Shown piece by piece: positions 50,303 to 61,881 of a DNA stretch of 64,000 nucleotides; the stretch's first letter is position 1; the number at the start of each line of letters is the position of its first letter. This DNA is from Anthoceros angustus. Its lineage: Eukaryota > Plantae > Anthocerotophyta. The notes under the pieces were generated by a model. The model worked only from the letters and a program-made list of their open reading frames with translations, did not search any database and was not told where the DNA came from. Made by a program: the position numbers and the translations under genes. Location of the stretch: NCBI GenBank assembly GCA_010909165.1, contig MU008177.1, forward strand, positions 186,001 through 250,000. The letters are read 5' to 3'.

Positions 50303-52579
50303 ATGTCTCGTGCACTACAAGGCTCCTCTTCCCTCCTTTTCAAGAGGAGGAGTTTGTCTTTCACCTTTCTTGTAGTGGCTGCGTTCATGTTCTATGTCTT
50401 GGTGCCGTATCACACCAGATCGCAAGGAGGGGAGGTTCTTCAGGAGCAATTTGGTGTTGCTGACTGGGCAGAGGGCAGTTTACCACATTCAGAGAGAAGA
50501 GCAACAGAGTCCGCAATCTCCTACTGTGAGAGTTCGTCGCGGAGTTTGCCATCTGAAATTCTGGGCGCAGGAAGGGGTAGGAAATTGATGAACCCAGGGG
50601 TTATAGTGGAGGCGAAGAGGGCTTTGAAAAATTTGAAAATCCATCAGCACTTGGTGCAGAGCATTGCAGTGGTGGGAGCAGAAGAGAATGGCGCTTATGC
50701 ATCTGATGATGCTGAAGATGCTCACGACGAGGAGGCAGCATCAATAGACGATAGTGTCCTCCTATCTTCATATGGAAGTCACAGCTCGGAAATCAATCTG
50801 CTGAGCAAGGAGTTTCAGCTGGTCATAAATGTTCTTACGTACGACAGGCTGGAGTCTTTCGCTCGGTGTCTTGAATCTCTAGCCAAGGCTGATTACGGAG
50901 GAGACAGAGTGAAATTGCGCATTTATATCGATCATTTTGGACTGATCGCCGAGTCTGGGGACAAAGACGACGTTGTTGATAGATCTCTTATGACTGGTCT
51001 GGCCATTTTGAGCCATGCGGACCAGTTTCAGTGGTTTCATGGTCCCAAAGAGGTGCACTTCAGGACTGACAATGTAGGTTTGCAGGGTCAGTGGCTTGAG
51101 GCATGGTGGCCTTCCACGGACCATGAGTTTGCACTCATGGTGGAGGATGATATGGAGCTTTCCCCATTGTTTTACCGTTATCTTCGCTCTGTAATTGCTA
51201 CCTACTTCTACAATCCAGTAAACGCTGATCCCTCCATCTTTGGCATTTCCCTTCAGAGACCAAGATTTGTGCCAGGGAAAGGAGGCCGACCCCTTCAGGT
51301 AGACAACTCGACCCGTCTCTTTCTGTACCAACTGGTTGGCACATGGGGCCAACTTCTGTTCCCAAAGCCTTGGAAAGAGTTTCGAATATGGTATGACATT
51401 CACAAAGCCAAAGGGATAAAACCCTTTCTTGAGGGGATGGTCACCAATCGCTGGTACAGAAAGCTTGGTGAAAAGATATGGACACCATGGTTCATCAAGT
51501 TTGTGCATGCTCGACATTACTACAACCTGTATACAAACTTCTTGGAGGAGCGAGCGCTGATTGTCTCTCATAGGGATGCAGGTGTAAACTATAAGAGCAA
51601 TGTTGGACCTGACTCTCAGCTTATCGGTGCCAATGGTACAACAGACATCGATCTGTGGGAGATGGTGCCTCTGAAGTCGCTCAAGAGATATGACTTTTGT
51701 TTTCAGCCAGTTGTACCAAAGACAGTAGTGCGCAGCAGACCAGATAAGCTTCAATCGCTGCTTGCTGTGCTTCATGTAAAGAACGAGGTTGTGTTGGTGA
51801 GCACCCTGGGAGTGCCAAAGGCTATGGTACGAAACTGGCTGTGTCATTTTCAGAGATTTAGCCTCCACAACTATCTGCTCCTTGGGGATGACATTTTGCT
51901 TCTGAAGGAACTTGGAAGGCGCGGTCATGCTGTCATGCAACCTAGGCTTGCCAGTCAGGAGAGGAAATTACTGTTGAAAGCTCAGGAGGATAGCCTCGAC
52001 ACTACAGCCTTGCAGCGGGACCTTTTGACTCTGTCATCTATCAAGTCTATCGTTGCGTTTGGATACAACGTGCTGTTCACCAAAGCTGATAATCTTTGGC
52101 TTCAGAATCCATTTAGGGAGAACAATCGCTGGGGTGATGCTGACCTCGTAGCTGTAGCAGACGGAACAGGGTGCAGCACAGGTTTGATGTATTTTAAGAG
52201 CACTGAGAGGACCCAAGGGCTTCTGGGCTGTGCAGCGGACAATATTTGGTCTCAGGGAAGCATGGGAAGCACGGCGAAGGAAAGTGATGACAGCACAGCA
52301 CAAGCATGGGCGAGCAAAGTTTGCAAGTGTGGAGGTGAAACGCATGCTGATATCATGCATCTTGACCCCATGGACTTCCCTTTATTCTCCAAGTTAAAAG
52401 CAGGTGAAGAGGGATCCCCAGTGGGAGCTACAAATGCTACTATGTTCTTCGCTGGTTTGAGGTATAAAACCAGAGACCTGGTGCACGAAATGCAAGGCAG
52501 AGGATTGTGGCTGGTGGATGACGACCTCTCCTGCACCAGAGTCACTTGCCTACCTAAACATGTTGAGAAGAGCAGTTGA
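50303..52579 (+). CDS. Intronless type II membrane glycosyltransferase (GT-A/GT2-like domain plus a C-terminal nucleotide-diphospho-sugar transferase/GT77-like domain)
   Basis: N-terminal TM (FTFLVVAAFMFYVLV); VLTYDRLESFARCLESL; GLQGQWLEAWWP..EFALMVEDDMELSP; C-terminal NWLCH..FGYNVLF..DNLWLQNPF. The first in-frame ATG is at 50303. Confidence 0.88.
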   Translation: MSRALQGSSSLLFKRRSLSFTFLVVAAFMFYVLVPYHTRSQGGEVLQEQFGVADWAEGSLPHSERRATESAISYCESSSRSLPSEILGAGRGRKLMNPGVIVEAKRALKNLKIHQHLVQSIAVVGAEENGAYASDDAEDAHDEEAASIDDSVLLSSYGSHSSEINLLSKEFQLVINVLTYDRLESFARCLESLAKADYGGDRVKLRIYIDHFGLIAESGDKDDVVDRSLMTGLAILSHADQFQWFHGPKEVHFRTDNVGLQGQWLEAWWPSTDHEFALMVEDDMELSPLFYRYLRSVIATYFYNPVNADPSIFGISLQRPRFVPGKGGRPLQVDNSTRLFLYQLVGTWGQLLFPKPWKEFRIWYDIHKAKGIKPFLEGMVTNRWYRKLGEKIWTPWFIKFVHARHYYNLYTNFLEERALIVSHRDAGVNYKSNVGPDSQLIGANGTTDIDLWEMVPLKSLKRYDFCFQPVVPKTVVRSRPDKLQSLLAVLHVKNEVVLVSTLGVPKAMVRNWLCHFQRFSLHNYLLLGDDILLLKELGRRGHAVMQPRLASQERKLLLKAQEDSLDTTALQRDLLTLSSIKSIVAFGYNVLFTKADNLWLQNPFRENNRWGDADLVAVADGTGCSTGLMYFKSTERTQGLLGCAADNIWSQGSMGSTAKESDDSTAQAWASKVCKCGGETHADIMHLDPMDFPLFSKLKAGEEGSPVGATNATMFFAGLRYKTRDLVHEMQGRGLWLVDDDLSCTRVTCLPKHVEKSS

Positions 52580-53405
52580 CAGAGGCCACAACATGGGCGT
52601 TGAAGCTACACGGGTCATCCAGGTGAATGATGTGGGGTAAGAAACTGCAAGCCGTAGACGCTCGATAACAGCTGCACGCTCGTGCTTAGAAGAAAATGCT
52701 GAACACAGCACTGCATGCAATTGTCAAATGAAAGCTCGTCACTTCACAGCAAAAAGTGTCCTGATCATTCCGTGCAGGATGCAGGACTTCAATCTGGATT
52801 TGCCGAGCATATGAGCTGCTTGTCCTACTCTAGACGAGCTCAACTTCTGTAAGTGGCGGTGACCACAATCAGCCAGCTCACTCCCTGAAAACCCTTGCTA
52901 TGTGATTTGACAAGATTCTCCCAAATTCGTTTTCACACGAAGTACACCTCGCGCAGGAGCAACCGAAAGCTCAAAAAAACAACCGGTCAGATCAGATAGA
53001 TATATTTGTCATCCCTTAAAGCAGAAACGGACTGGAGACAAAAATTGCCAAATAAAAGCATGACACTGCCCTACCAGAAGTCTCCTGATGAATACGTGCA
53101 GGATCCCAATAAATAGCCATCACAAGGCAAATGTGCCGACAATGCAGCTGTTTCTGTACAGGTCTATACAAGCCCACACTTGTGAAGTCACCATTTGCTA
53201 ATGACGGTGACGAATAGGTAGCCATCTCCCTCCGTTAATCCCTTTCCTACGTCGTATGACTGATACTGGATGAACACCTCGCCGAGGAGCATTAAAAGCT
53301 CAACACAATACTTGACGGGCCTAGCTTTCTAAAACCAGACGTTCCAGGCAATCTCGACGCTGGAATATTTGCAGGTCTGTACAAGGTGTCCAAGCCCATG
53401 GCAGT

Positions 53406-54608
53406 TCAAGGATTGGTTTGGAACAGAGTAACTGTAGCTATGTGTCCGTTTTTCATCACCTCAAAGGCAATGTTCCTGTAACCATACACAAACGTTGGGC
53501 CAAACGGATTGCTTACCGAACCCTGAGTTTGTATTGCTGCCCGACCTCCATCGCCAAGCAGCTCCTGCACCTCATGCCACTTCGTATCAGCAGTTATTTG
53601 ACGACGAGAGACTTCCCCGTTGGCTATCTGGCCAGAATCATCCCCGTTCTCAGCTGCCAACGGTGGGCAGTGAATGAAAAAGTTGCACTTGATGTAGCAG
53701 TTGAAATCTGCATGACCTGGAAAATTGGTGTGCAAAACAAACTTCTTGATCCTGTGGGTCTGTCCGTCAAACAGAATATCCACACCCCTTGCAAAGTAAT
53801 TGTAGAAGTAATCGCCGCAGAGAGCAGTCCTGGGGCGGGGATCAGAGGCAGAGTGAATCACCATAGGGTCGACCTGCTTCTGATGAATACCACAGGGCCT
53901 ACCTAGCTCGGCCCAGACGTCCTGCGGGGAAGCCCCGAAAAACAGATGCTGATCCCCTCCCGTAAAGCACAACTCCTTCCCCAGCTTCACATGCACCTCC
54001 TCCATGTACAGGCTACCTGGGGGCAATTGCGGAGGCAGGGCCTTCTTCACCAAAGCGCCAAACTCAGGCCCTCCCCGCACGGTGCTGTCATAGATGCAAA
54101 CCCGCGACACGACCGGCGTGGTGCCATCCGGAAACTCCAAGGGCAGCTCAGCCTCCCTGTCCTGGCAGCACTTGGCGTGCTGTGCCGGTATGGGGAAGGC
54201 AAACGAGAGGCCCGGGTAGAAGAGAGTGTAGATGCGCCGCTCCACATCATAGGTGCCGGGAAAGGTAGGGCCGAAGAGGGCATACACAGCCACGAAGGTC
54301 GCAGCCAGACTAGGACCGCCAATGGACGATGTCGCATACCGGATCTGCAGGCGTTGCAAATCATACACCTCCACAAGCCGGAGTCGTTGGGAGTGAGGCT
54401 CAAACCGCAGGTGGAAGCCATGGGCCGGGAAGCTTATCACCAGATCCACCTTCAACGGCTCCTCATCGTTGTACTTGATGTGCATCACATCGAAAACGCT
54501 CCGATTCCTGTGCTGCTCCGCATACGCCAGGGCCTCGCAGACTGGCATCCCCAAATAAAACGGGCCAAGGCCTGCCCCGGGCCGCAGATCCAGTGCGAGG
54601 GCGCCCAT
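53406..54608 (-). CDS. PHAF1: PHAF1/UPF0183 family protein, intronless
   Basis: MGALALDLRPGAGLGPFYLGMP; FPAHGFHLRFEPHSQRLRLVEV; DYFYNYFARGVDILFDGQTHRIKKFVLHTNFPGHADFNCY; NPFGPTFVYGY..FEVMKNGHIATVTLF. Confidence 0.93.
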   Translation of the reverse strand: MGALALDLRPGAGLGPFYLGMPVCEALAYAEQHRNRSVFDVMHIKYNDEEPLKVDLVISFPAHGFHLRFEPHSQRLRLVEVYDLQRLQIRYATSSIGGPSLAATFVAVYALFGPTFPGTYDVERRIYTLFYPGLSFAFPIPAQHAKCCQDREAELPLEFPDGTTPVVSRVCIYDSTVRGGPEFGALVKKALPPQLPPGSLYMEEVHVKLGKELCFTGGDQHLFFGASPQDVWAELGRPCGIHQKQVDPMVIHSASDPRPRTALCGDYFYNYFARGVDILFDGQTHRIKKFVLHTNFPGHADFNCYIKCNFFIHCPPLAAENGDDSGQIANGEVSRRQITADTKWHEVQELLGDGGRAAIQTQGSVSNPFGPTFVYGYRNIAFEVMKNGHIATVTLFQTNP

Positions 54609-56159
54609 CCTCCTTCCACTACCAAGGTGGTGCTGCCATGTACACACTAAGCGGTCTCGATGATGCTGCCGTTTACCACCACCGCGGTGCTGCTGCTTCC
54701 AGGCATCGATGAACTAGGTCTCTGGTAGTGCCACCAGATCTCCCCTTCACCCCCACGCCCAACCTCGCAGTTTGCCCCAAAACGAAAGCACTCAAACCAC
54801 CTCATGGCACAAAAAAATACCGGGACGTGGCATTTTCCACGCCACGGTGCAAATTCCAGTGCATCACGGGTTCACATCGACGCGCGGCCCTGATGCCCTG
54901 GATGTTGAAGGTGAATGAAGCCAAATCCGTCGTCTTCGTAGGGGTGGTTCCACAGGGTTATGGCGAGATAATTATTTTTCAAAAACTAATAGATTCCACA
55001 TCTCTGTTTATATTGTTATTTTATTTTTATTTAAAATGTATATCTATATATAAAATATATACTTATATGCAACTAGGTATAGACCTCCCCCAAACAAGCC
55101 CTAGTTTCCCAGCTGCTACTCATGGCATGAGCTTAAAGTTCATAGCCCAGCTGCCCAATTTACACTCGAACTTTAGTTGAGTGTAAACACCATTTGAGCT
55201 GAGTTGCTCACTTAGTTCTAAGTCACCGCATAAATAGAATACCCAAATATCTACTGTATTTTTTTTCCTTTTTTCGTATGCTTGATGTCTTCATGTGCTT
55301 CCCATAATGGAGCATTGGAGTAGAGGTAGTTCTTGAACAGCTATACCAAAGAACTGGTGTCCTAAACTAATCAAGCCGAAATTATAGAAAGTCATAAAAT
55401 AACAGCCGAACAATTTTGTGAAAAAACACTAAAGGAGTGATCCCTAATCCTTTAGAGATATGCGAACAAAACAAGAATTGAAACTTTTTACTCTTATTTT
55501 TTTTAAGATAAGCCTATAAAATTTAGAGATGTACAAACTTAACAAAAACTATATTAACTTGCCAAAATTTAGAGAAGGTTACTCTCTAAGATTGTTAGGT
55601 GCTAGTATAGTACTTAGTTATTGCAGGTCAAGTTCATTAGTTAAGTGAAATAACAAATGTACAAAGGAATAGTTTAAATCTTCAATGATGATCTCCAGGT
55701 AGTAACTACTCCATTCTTCTTATCTAGGTACTTCTTCCCCAAGACATAGATTTTCATTTAGATGGATTATATAATGTTTATTTATATTACTTATATCTAT
55801 ATAGTATATTATATAATAATTATTTATATTAATAATTCATATGTATAATCAATTAGAATGTAAATTTGATACTATCTTTGATATAAGATCAATAATGTAA
55901 TTTTATAGTATGTTGGTTAAAGTTGGTCGTTTCTTCACCCATATCCTTAAGATTTACTCATATATATTTTTTATTTCATATAAGATATGTACTAAGATAT
56001 TAAGTGATTTGATTTAAACAACTAAAACTACAAAAGATAAAGCAGACAAACTTAGGCAGATACTCAATTGTAACTTTGAAAAGGACGAAGATAATTTGAG
56101 AATATTTTTATATTACCCCCTTATGTATTCAATTTGAGTTGCTTGATATAATGTCATAA

Positions 56160-57146
56160 TCATGTTAAAAGGCAGCCATCAATTTTTCTTTCTACATTTA
56201 AAACTTGGAGCTTAATTTGCGTTATACATGTTTCTATATGTTTTAGCTTCTTCAAGCAATCATGTAATTTATCTTTCAGCTCCATCCCATTTAGATGGTT
56301 TTGGAGCATGCTATCAGTAATATCCTTCTCATCTCCCTGATTTGCAAAGTGGTGAAGTTGGTTTAATAAATTCTTTCCTCTAACATTACAACATAGGTTT
56401 AAGATAGCAATAGATGAACATATATCGATGCTACAATTTGACACATCTTTAAAAGAAGTTTGTAGCTCTTCTGTAATGGTCCTCATCAACAAGATTATTG
56501 GTAAGTCTAGTACTTTAGATGAAGAGTCTATATTGACCTTACAAACTGCATTCGCATAACGAATTTGTAATGAACAAAGATCCAAATGAGTCACACAAAA
56601 TGCAAGTGTCTTGAAACATTCCTGTACCCCATTATAACAACTATCAAGCAACGTCGCACAAACATTCAAGCAGTACGAAGATGTTGATGAAGATATCTTG
56701 GGATCCCGTGTACTATGATTTTCCAATTCCTTCATTGCCACACCCATGAAGAATCTTTTGTTAAGCTGAGCATGGATTGGACAAGTACAAGTCAACCATT
56801 CATCTGGGTTAGTGTGCTGGTTGTTGTCTCCACGCATACTCAAATAAGGAGAAGTACCAAAGTTTGAAACAACTTCAAAATGGGGATCATCTTCATCCTT
56901 CATCACAACATCATTGTAGTCCTCCTCGTCTTCACAGATGCTTGAATAAGAAGACGCATGATCTTTATGCACACTTAGACAAGAAGAAGCACATTTTGGC
57001 GTAACTTCTATCTTGATATCCTCTAAATCCTTCATCACGGCACTCATGACACTCTTCCTTTCGAAAGCAAATGCTTCCCAACCTTTGTAGTCATATCTAT
57101 TTTCTTGGCATTGGGTTGAATGAAATTGACTACCCTCTCCCGTCAT
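56160..57146 (-). CDS. Hypothetical protein (328 aa) in an AT-rich island; no recognisable family
   Basis: An uninterrupted ~1 kb ORF in AT-rich DNA, where stops would be frequent by chance. It has an acidic patch and a heptad-like C-terminus. Confidence 0.5.
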   Translation of the reverse strand: MTGEGSQFHSTQCQENRYDYKGWEAFAFERKSVMSAVMKDLEDIKIEVTPKCASSCLSVHKDHASSYSSICEDEEDYNDVVMKDEDDPHFEVVSNFGTSPYLSMRGDNNQHTNPDEWLTCTCPIHAQLNKRFFMGVAMKELENHSTRDPKISSSTSSYCLNVCATLLDSCYNGVQECFKTLAFCVTHLDLCSLQIRYANAVCKVNIDSSSKVLDLPIILLMRTITEELQTSFKDVSNCSIDICSSIAILNLCCNVRGKNLLNQLHHFANQGDEKDITDSMLQNHLNGMELKDKLHDCLKKLKHIETCITQIKLQVLNVERKIDGCLLT

Positions 57147-57608
57147 GCTAACTTCAAGCACCAGCTAGAAGGAACTCCTTGGTAGGGGTAGGGCGGATTG
57201 TAGATTTCCTTTTAGGTGGGCAGGCGGTGCGGTATGCAAGCTGGATCCAATGCACACAAGTAAGAACGAACTCCACCCGGATGCGACCTGAGCTGGGGTG
57301 CTATTGTCCACAAAAAACAAACATGGGAGGAGTTGAGCACACAAAGTGGAGCACGGTGCACATGGTAGACCGGAGCCCGGTATGGGCCGACAAGTGGAGA
57401 GAGGGGCCGCCAGGTCAGGACTCACAGGTTGGGGTCGCTGGAGTCAGTAAAATAGTAATAAAAGCATCCACCTGGTGTGAGAGACTTCCAGCGCCTTCCT
57501 GCGCATAAAGCTGCGGGGCTTTGCAGAATTGCGCGCCGTCGCTTGCCGTTCCCATCGCGCCCCCGAGTCCACCAGCTTCGGCCTCGCCTCGCCGCGTCTC
57601 ATCGCCCC

Positions 57609-57640
57609 CGTCTCGTCTCGTCTCGTCTCGTCTCGTCTCG
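57609..57640 (+). repeat. (CGTCT)n pentanucleotide microsatellite
   Basis: About 6 perfect units. Confidence 0.9.
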
Positions 57641-58271
57641 CATTCGCCATCGCTGCCGCTTTCGCTTGTGTGTTCGCGTTTGAGTTTTCCGCCCATAGCC
57701 TGGCTCTCCTCTCCGAATCCGCTCGGGTTTGCTGCTCTCCTGCCCTGGCACTTGGCGCCTTCTACTCGCACTCCGCCTTCTCTCTCTCTCCGGAAGTTGG
57801 ATCCCCGGTTCCTCAGGAGTCGCACCGCGCATTCCTTTCGCGGGTTGAGAGAGAAGAGAGGGGCTCCAGCGCCTTGTTTGGTGCGGAATCCGGATCGGGA
57901 TACATACACAGCTCCTCCACGCCGCTGGGCTATGCTGGCTTGAGCGAAAAATACTGAGAGGCGGCGCTCGTGCCGTTTCCGGGAGCTTGGGAAATGGGCT
58001 GCAAATTGGGTGCTTGATTGGGCTTGCCTGTGCACTGCAGGTAGGGCCTGAGTGCGGTGTCAGAGGGGGCCGGACTCCCGGGCGGCGATGCTGGTGGGCA
58101 ACGGGTGGCCCTGTGATGGTGCTGCGGCTTAGTGGGTTGTTGGGTCCTTGAGTACGCAGTGGGAAGTCGGAAGGATCCGTTGGGCTGCGCGTGGAGTGAG
58201 CCAGCCGCATGGGAGCTGGGAGGTGGGTGTTTGTGGGTTGAGTCGGGGAGACCCGGGTGGGTGGAGGTGCA

Positions 58272-60530
58272 ATGGCCAGCGCGCAGGCCAACAAATGGCT
58301 GGGCCTGGTGGCCGGGATGTGGGTTCAGGCGGCCGGGGGAAGCGCGTACATGTTTCCTCACTACTCGCCGCTGCTCAAGAACGTGCTGCACTACAACCAG
58401 CTGCAGCTGAACAACCTGGGGGCGGCCAAGGATATCGGGGAGAATGTTGGGTTGTTGGCAGGAATTCTGTGCAACAAGCTGCCGGCTTGGTTCATTCTGT
58501 GCATCGGAGCGTTTGAGAGTGTGTTTGGATACGGAGTTCTCTGGCTCGTGGTGACTGAGCGCATCGCCCCGTTGCCGTACTGGCAGGTAAAAAATTGTAG
58601 TGTGGGGAGCTCGTGAGGTTTTTCGGTGGTGGGCAGGAATTGACGATGTTGTAAATTTGTGTTTGGGTGATGCATTGCTGTGGGGCAGATGTGCGCGCTG
58701 ATGCTGATTGGAGCGAATACGGCGACGTGGTTCAACACGGCAGTTCTGGTGACTTGTATGAGGAATTTCCCACAGAGCAGAGGGACGGTGGTGGGTATTT
58801 TGAAGGGATTTGTGGGGCTGAGTGGAGCTGTTTTCACTCAGATTTTCGCATCCTTCTTCAACAAAGATGCTGCGTCGCTGCTGCTGATGCTGGCTGTGGC
58901 GCCTCTGGGGATTTGTCTCGTGTCTATGTGGTTCGTCAGGCCTGTCCCGGCCAGTAACGTGCCGGATGATGCAGACGAGGAGATCAACTACTTTTTTTTC
59001 ATCAACGTGGTGTCCTTGGCGATGGCCTTTTACCTCCTGGCCGCCACCCTTGTGCAGGATCTCCTTCCAGTCAGTCACCTGGCCTCTCACATCATCACTG
59101 CTGTGATGTTGCTGTTTCTGGTTGCTCCCTTGGTGGTGCCTGGGAAGTTTATTGTGGAAGCGATTTGTTCGCCTGCTCAAGTTGAATACGCCATCGAAGA
59201 GGGGCATGGGAGCAATGGTGCTCAGGAACCCCTGCTCAAGGATGTTGAGAAGGTGGCAACAGGAGAAGGTGGAAGGAGTGACCTCTTAGCTGGTGGATCT
59301 GTGAATAGCGAGCCCGCTGATGATGCACGGTTAAAGGGTGACCTTTTCCCCATTTCAGAGATCGAGGAAATTGACACCCTGCTCCTCGTCGGTGAAGGAG
59401 CAGTCCTTCCAGCCAAGAGAAGGAAGGGTCCCAGAAGGGGAGAGGACTTCAAGCTCAGGCAGGCTTTTGTAAAGGCTGATTTCTGGCTCTTGTTTCTCAC
59501 CTATTTCTGTGGAGTAGGAACTGGCATTACCGTGATCAACAACCTGGGTCAGATTGGCGAATCTCTAGGCTATGGAGATGTGTCTATCTTCATATCACTG
59601 GTCTGTATTTGTAACTTCCTGGGACGCCTGGGAGGGGGAGCGTTGTCAGAATATTTTGTGAGGTACGCATGATCCTGTGACTTGCACTGCGGTAGTTAGT
59701 CACAGAGGAGGGCGTGGACAGGACTTCTTTGTGCAATGCAACACCGTGCTTGCATTAACTCTGTGTTCCGGTATGTCTGCAGGTTAGATGCCGTTCCCAG
59801 GACTGTGTGGATGGCTGTTGCACAGATTTTGATGATAGTAGGATATGTCCTGCTTGCCACAGCCCTGCCTGGGACACTGTACATTGGTTCCGCACTTCTC
59901 GGTATCTGTTATGGAGTTCACTTCTCCACCATGGTTCCCGCAGCCTCCGAGTTGTTTGGACTGAAGCACTTCGGGATGATCTACAATTTCCTCACCATGG
60001 CCAATCCCATAGGATCTATTATTTTCTCTGGGTGGATAGCAGGTACTATTTATGATAATGAGGCAGCGAAGGAAGCAGGCTCCAACTCCGGAACGACGTC
60101 TTTGGGCAACCTGTTGCGATCACATTTCCCGTGGCTCGGTGAGGGGGATGTATCGTCTGACGGCTTAACATGCCTGGGTCCCCGTTGCTACAGACTCACA
60201 TTTCTCATCCTGGCTGTGACTTGTGTCATCGGCATCGTCCTGAACTTCGTCCTGACTCAAAGGATAAAGCGGGTTTATGTGGCTCTGTACAAGTCGCCAC
60301 CAAGGAACGAATCCCTCGACTCTCTGCTGCTATCGGAAGATGGAACACCCTCCACAATCCCCAGAGTGGGTTCCAAGGGCTCTCTGAATGCGTACCTGCC
60401 CAGGCGTGGCTCACGGGATGCACTCAACACCTCAACAAACCCAACTTCTCTCCCAAGAAGTGGGTCACAGGGATCATCACACAGGCGGGTTGGTTCATCA
60501 GACAACTTAGCTTCCTTGTCCAGAAAATAG
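58272..60530 (+). CDS. NFD4/nodulin-like MFS transporter, paralogue 2; exons 58272-58586, 58689-59662, 59783-60530
   Basis: KWLGLVAGMWVQAAGG..AKDIGENVG; WFNTAVLVTCMRNFPQSRGTVVGILKGFVGLSGA; GPRRGEDFKLRQAFVKADFWLLF; SELFGLKHFG. Canonical introns. Confidence 0.94.
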
Positions 60531-61881
60531 ACCTGTGCTCGTAGGAGCGTGTAGCAAGTGTTTCGTGTCACCAGTACACTAACTAAACTATGTCGGTCAT
60601 ACTGAAGGAGCCGGTAGTGATGTTACCTCCAGCACTCATTTCCCGGCCCACAAAAATTGTATGCAGCTCGGCAAAGTGTGCATGACTTCAATTTTGTAAT
60701 ATGACAACTTAGAATTGATACTTCCATGGCACGGCCCCATGTCCACAAGCTAAATGAAAGACATTTTCAGCAAAAGCCGAAATCTGGAAGCTCCAACTGC
60801 CGCAGCCTTCAACGTCCTGATCGTGATCGTGGTCACCCTCCCAACACAAAGGGCCAACTGCCGACACTGACAAGCACCCACAACCGCTTCCACTTTGAAA
60901 CTTCTCCATCACCCCGTGCAGAGGCGGTGGCGCATTCCTCACCTTCCAGGCTTTCCAGCTGCAGCCTTATGGGTGACCAGTGCAGCAACCTCCCGTTCTG
61001 GCAGACAATGATTAGCTTGGATCCTGGGACAGGACAGTACAGACATTCTGTAATATACCCTCCTCGGGGAAAGGCTGGTGGCTGGGAAGAAGTTGTTGTG
61101 GCAGTTTCCTCCTCCTCCAGGCCAGCATCCTCTGCAGTCCGTAATAATGTACGTCCTCTTCAAGGCCCCCTTCAAGAGCGGCCGCCCGTTCCTGTCCTAG
61201 GTTGCGTGAGCAACGTGGTAAGAGGTGGAACGCAAAGAACTCACCGTTTTAATCCGCCCAGGATGTCTTACGTGTGTCTTGCAATGTCTCGTCGTGGATC
61301 CCCGGCAAGTGACATACGACAAGATGGTATCCACGGATTAGGATAAGGAAAGATGGGGCTTTCCGTGTGCCCTGTGCCGACCATGTATGTCCACGGCAAC
61401 TGCAACTCCGGGATTCGACAGACAGTTGGTACGTGTTCATAGCACATCCATTTGTCATCTCCTGACAGGAGCACTACAGATACATATGTACATACTTTAT
61501 GTATTGTACCGTTGGGTCCGTATCTCAACGGACCCCAAAGCACGACATGCGATGGCCTGCTTTCTCCGGCTCCTCCGAGGAACATTAAATAGGTAGGCAA
61601 GTATGCTGCACTGAGGTTCAGGGAACCAGTAGGATGTGAATCACATACAAAACAACAGATATTTGATGATTCTGGATATTTGTCTCACCCAGCATCCATT
61701 GCAAAACGGACAGCTCGTGCGTGCACTGGTGACCAACCAACCCTCAACGACCACACCTTTTTGATTCCACAGGCAAGTGGAACAAGAAACTTCTACAGTC
61801 ATGTTCGCCACCTTAGTCGCCTTATTCCGCTCAGAAAAAAGACCTTTCTCACCTTCAAAGTTGCTTTCATGTGGCAGGATA

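Noticed and set aside
57930-59207. 425 aa minus-strand ORF (also 50879-51940 minus and 53946-54650 plus)
   Set aside because: These are antisense shadows of well-supported genes with no recognisable motifs.
60726-61346. 206 aa plus-strand ORF
   Set aside because: No recognisable motif, and it may overlap exons of the minus-strand gene; it cannot be supported.
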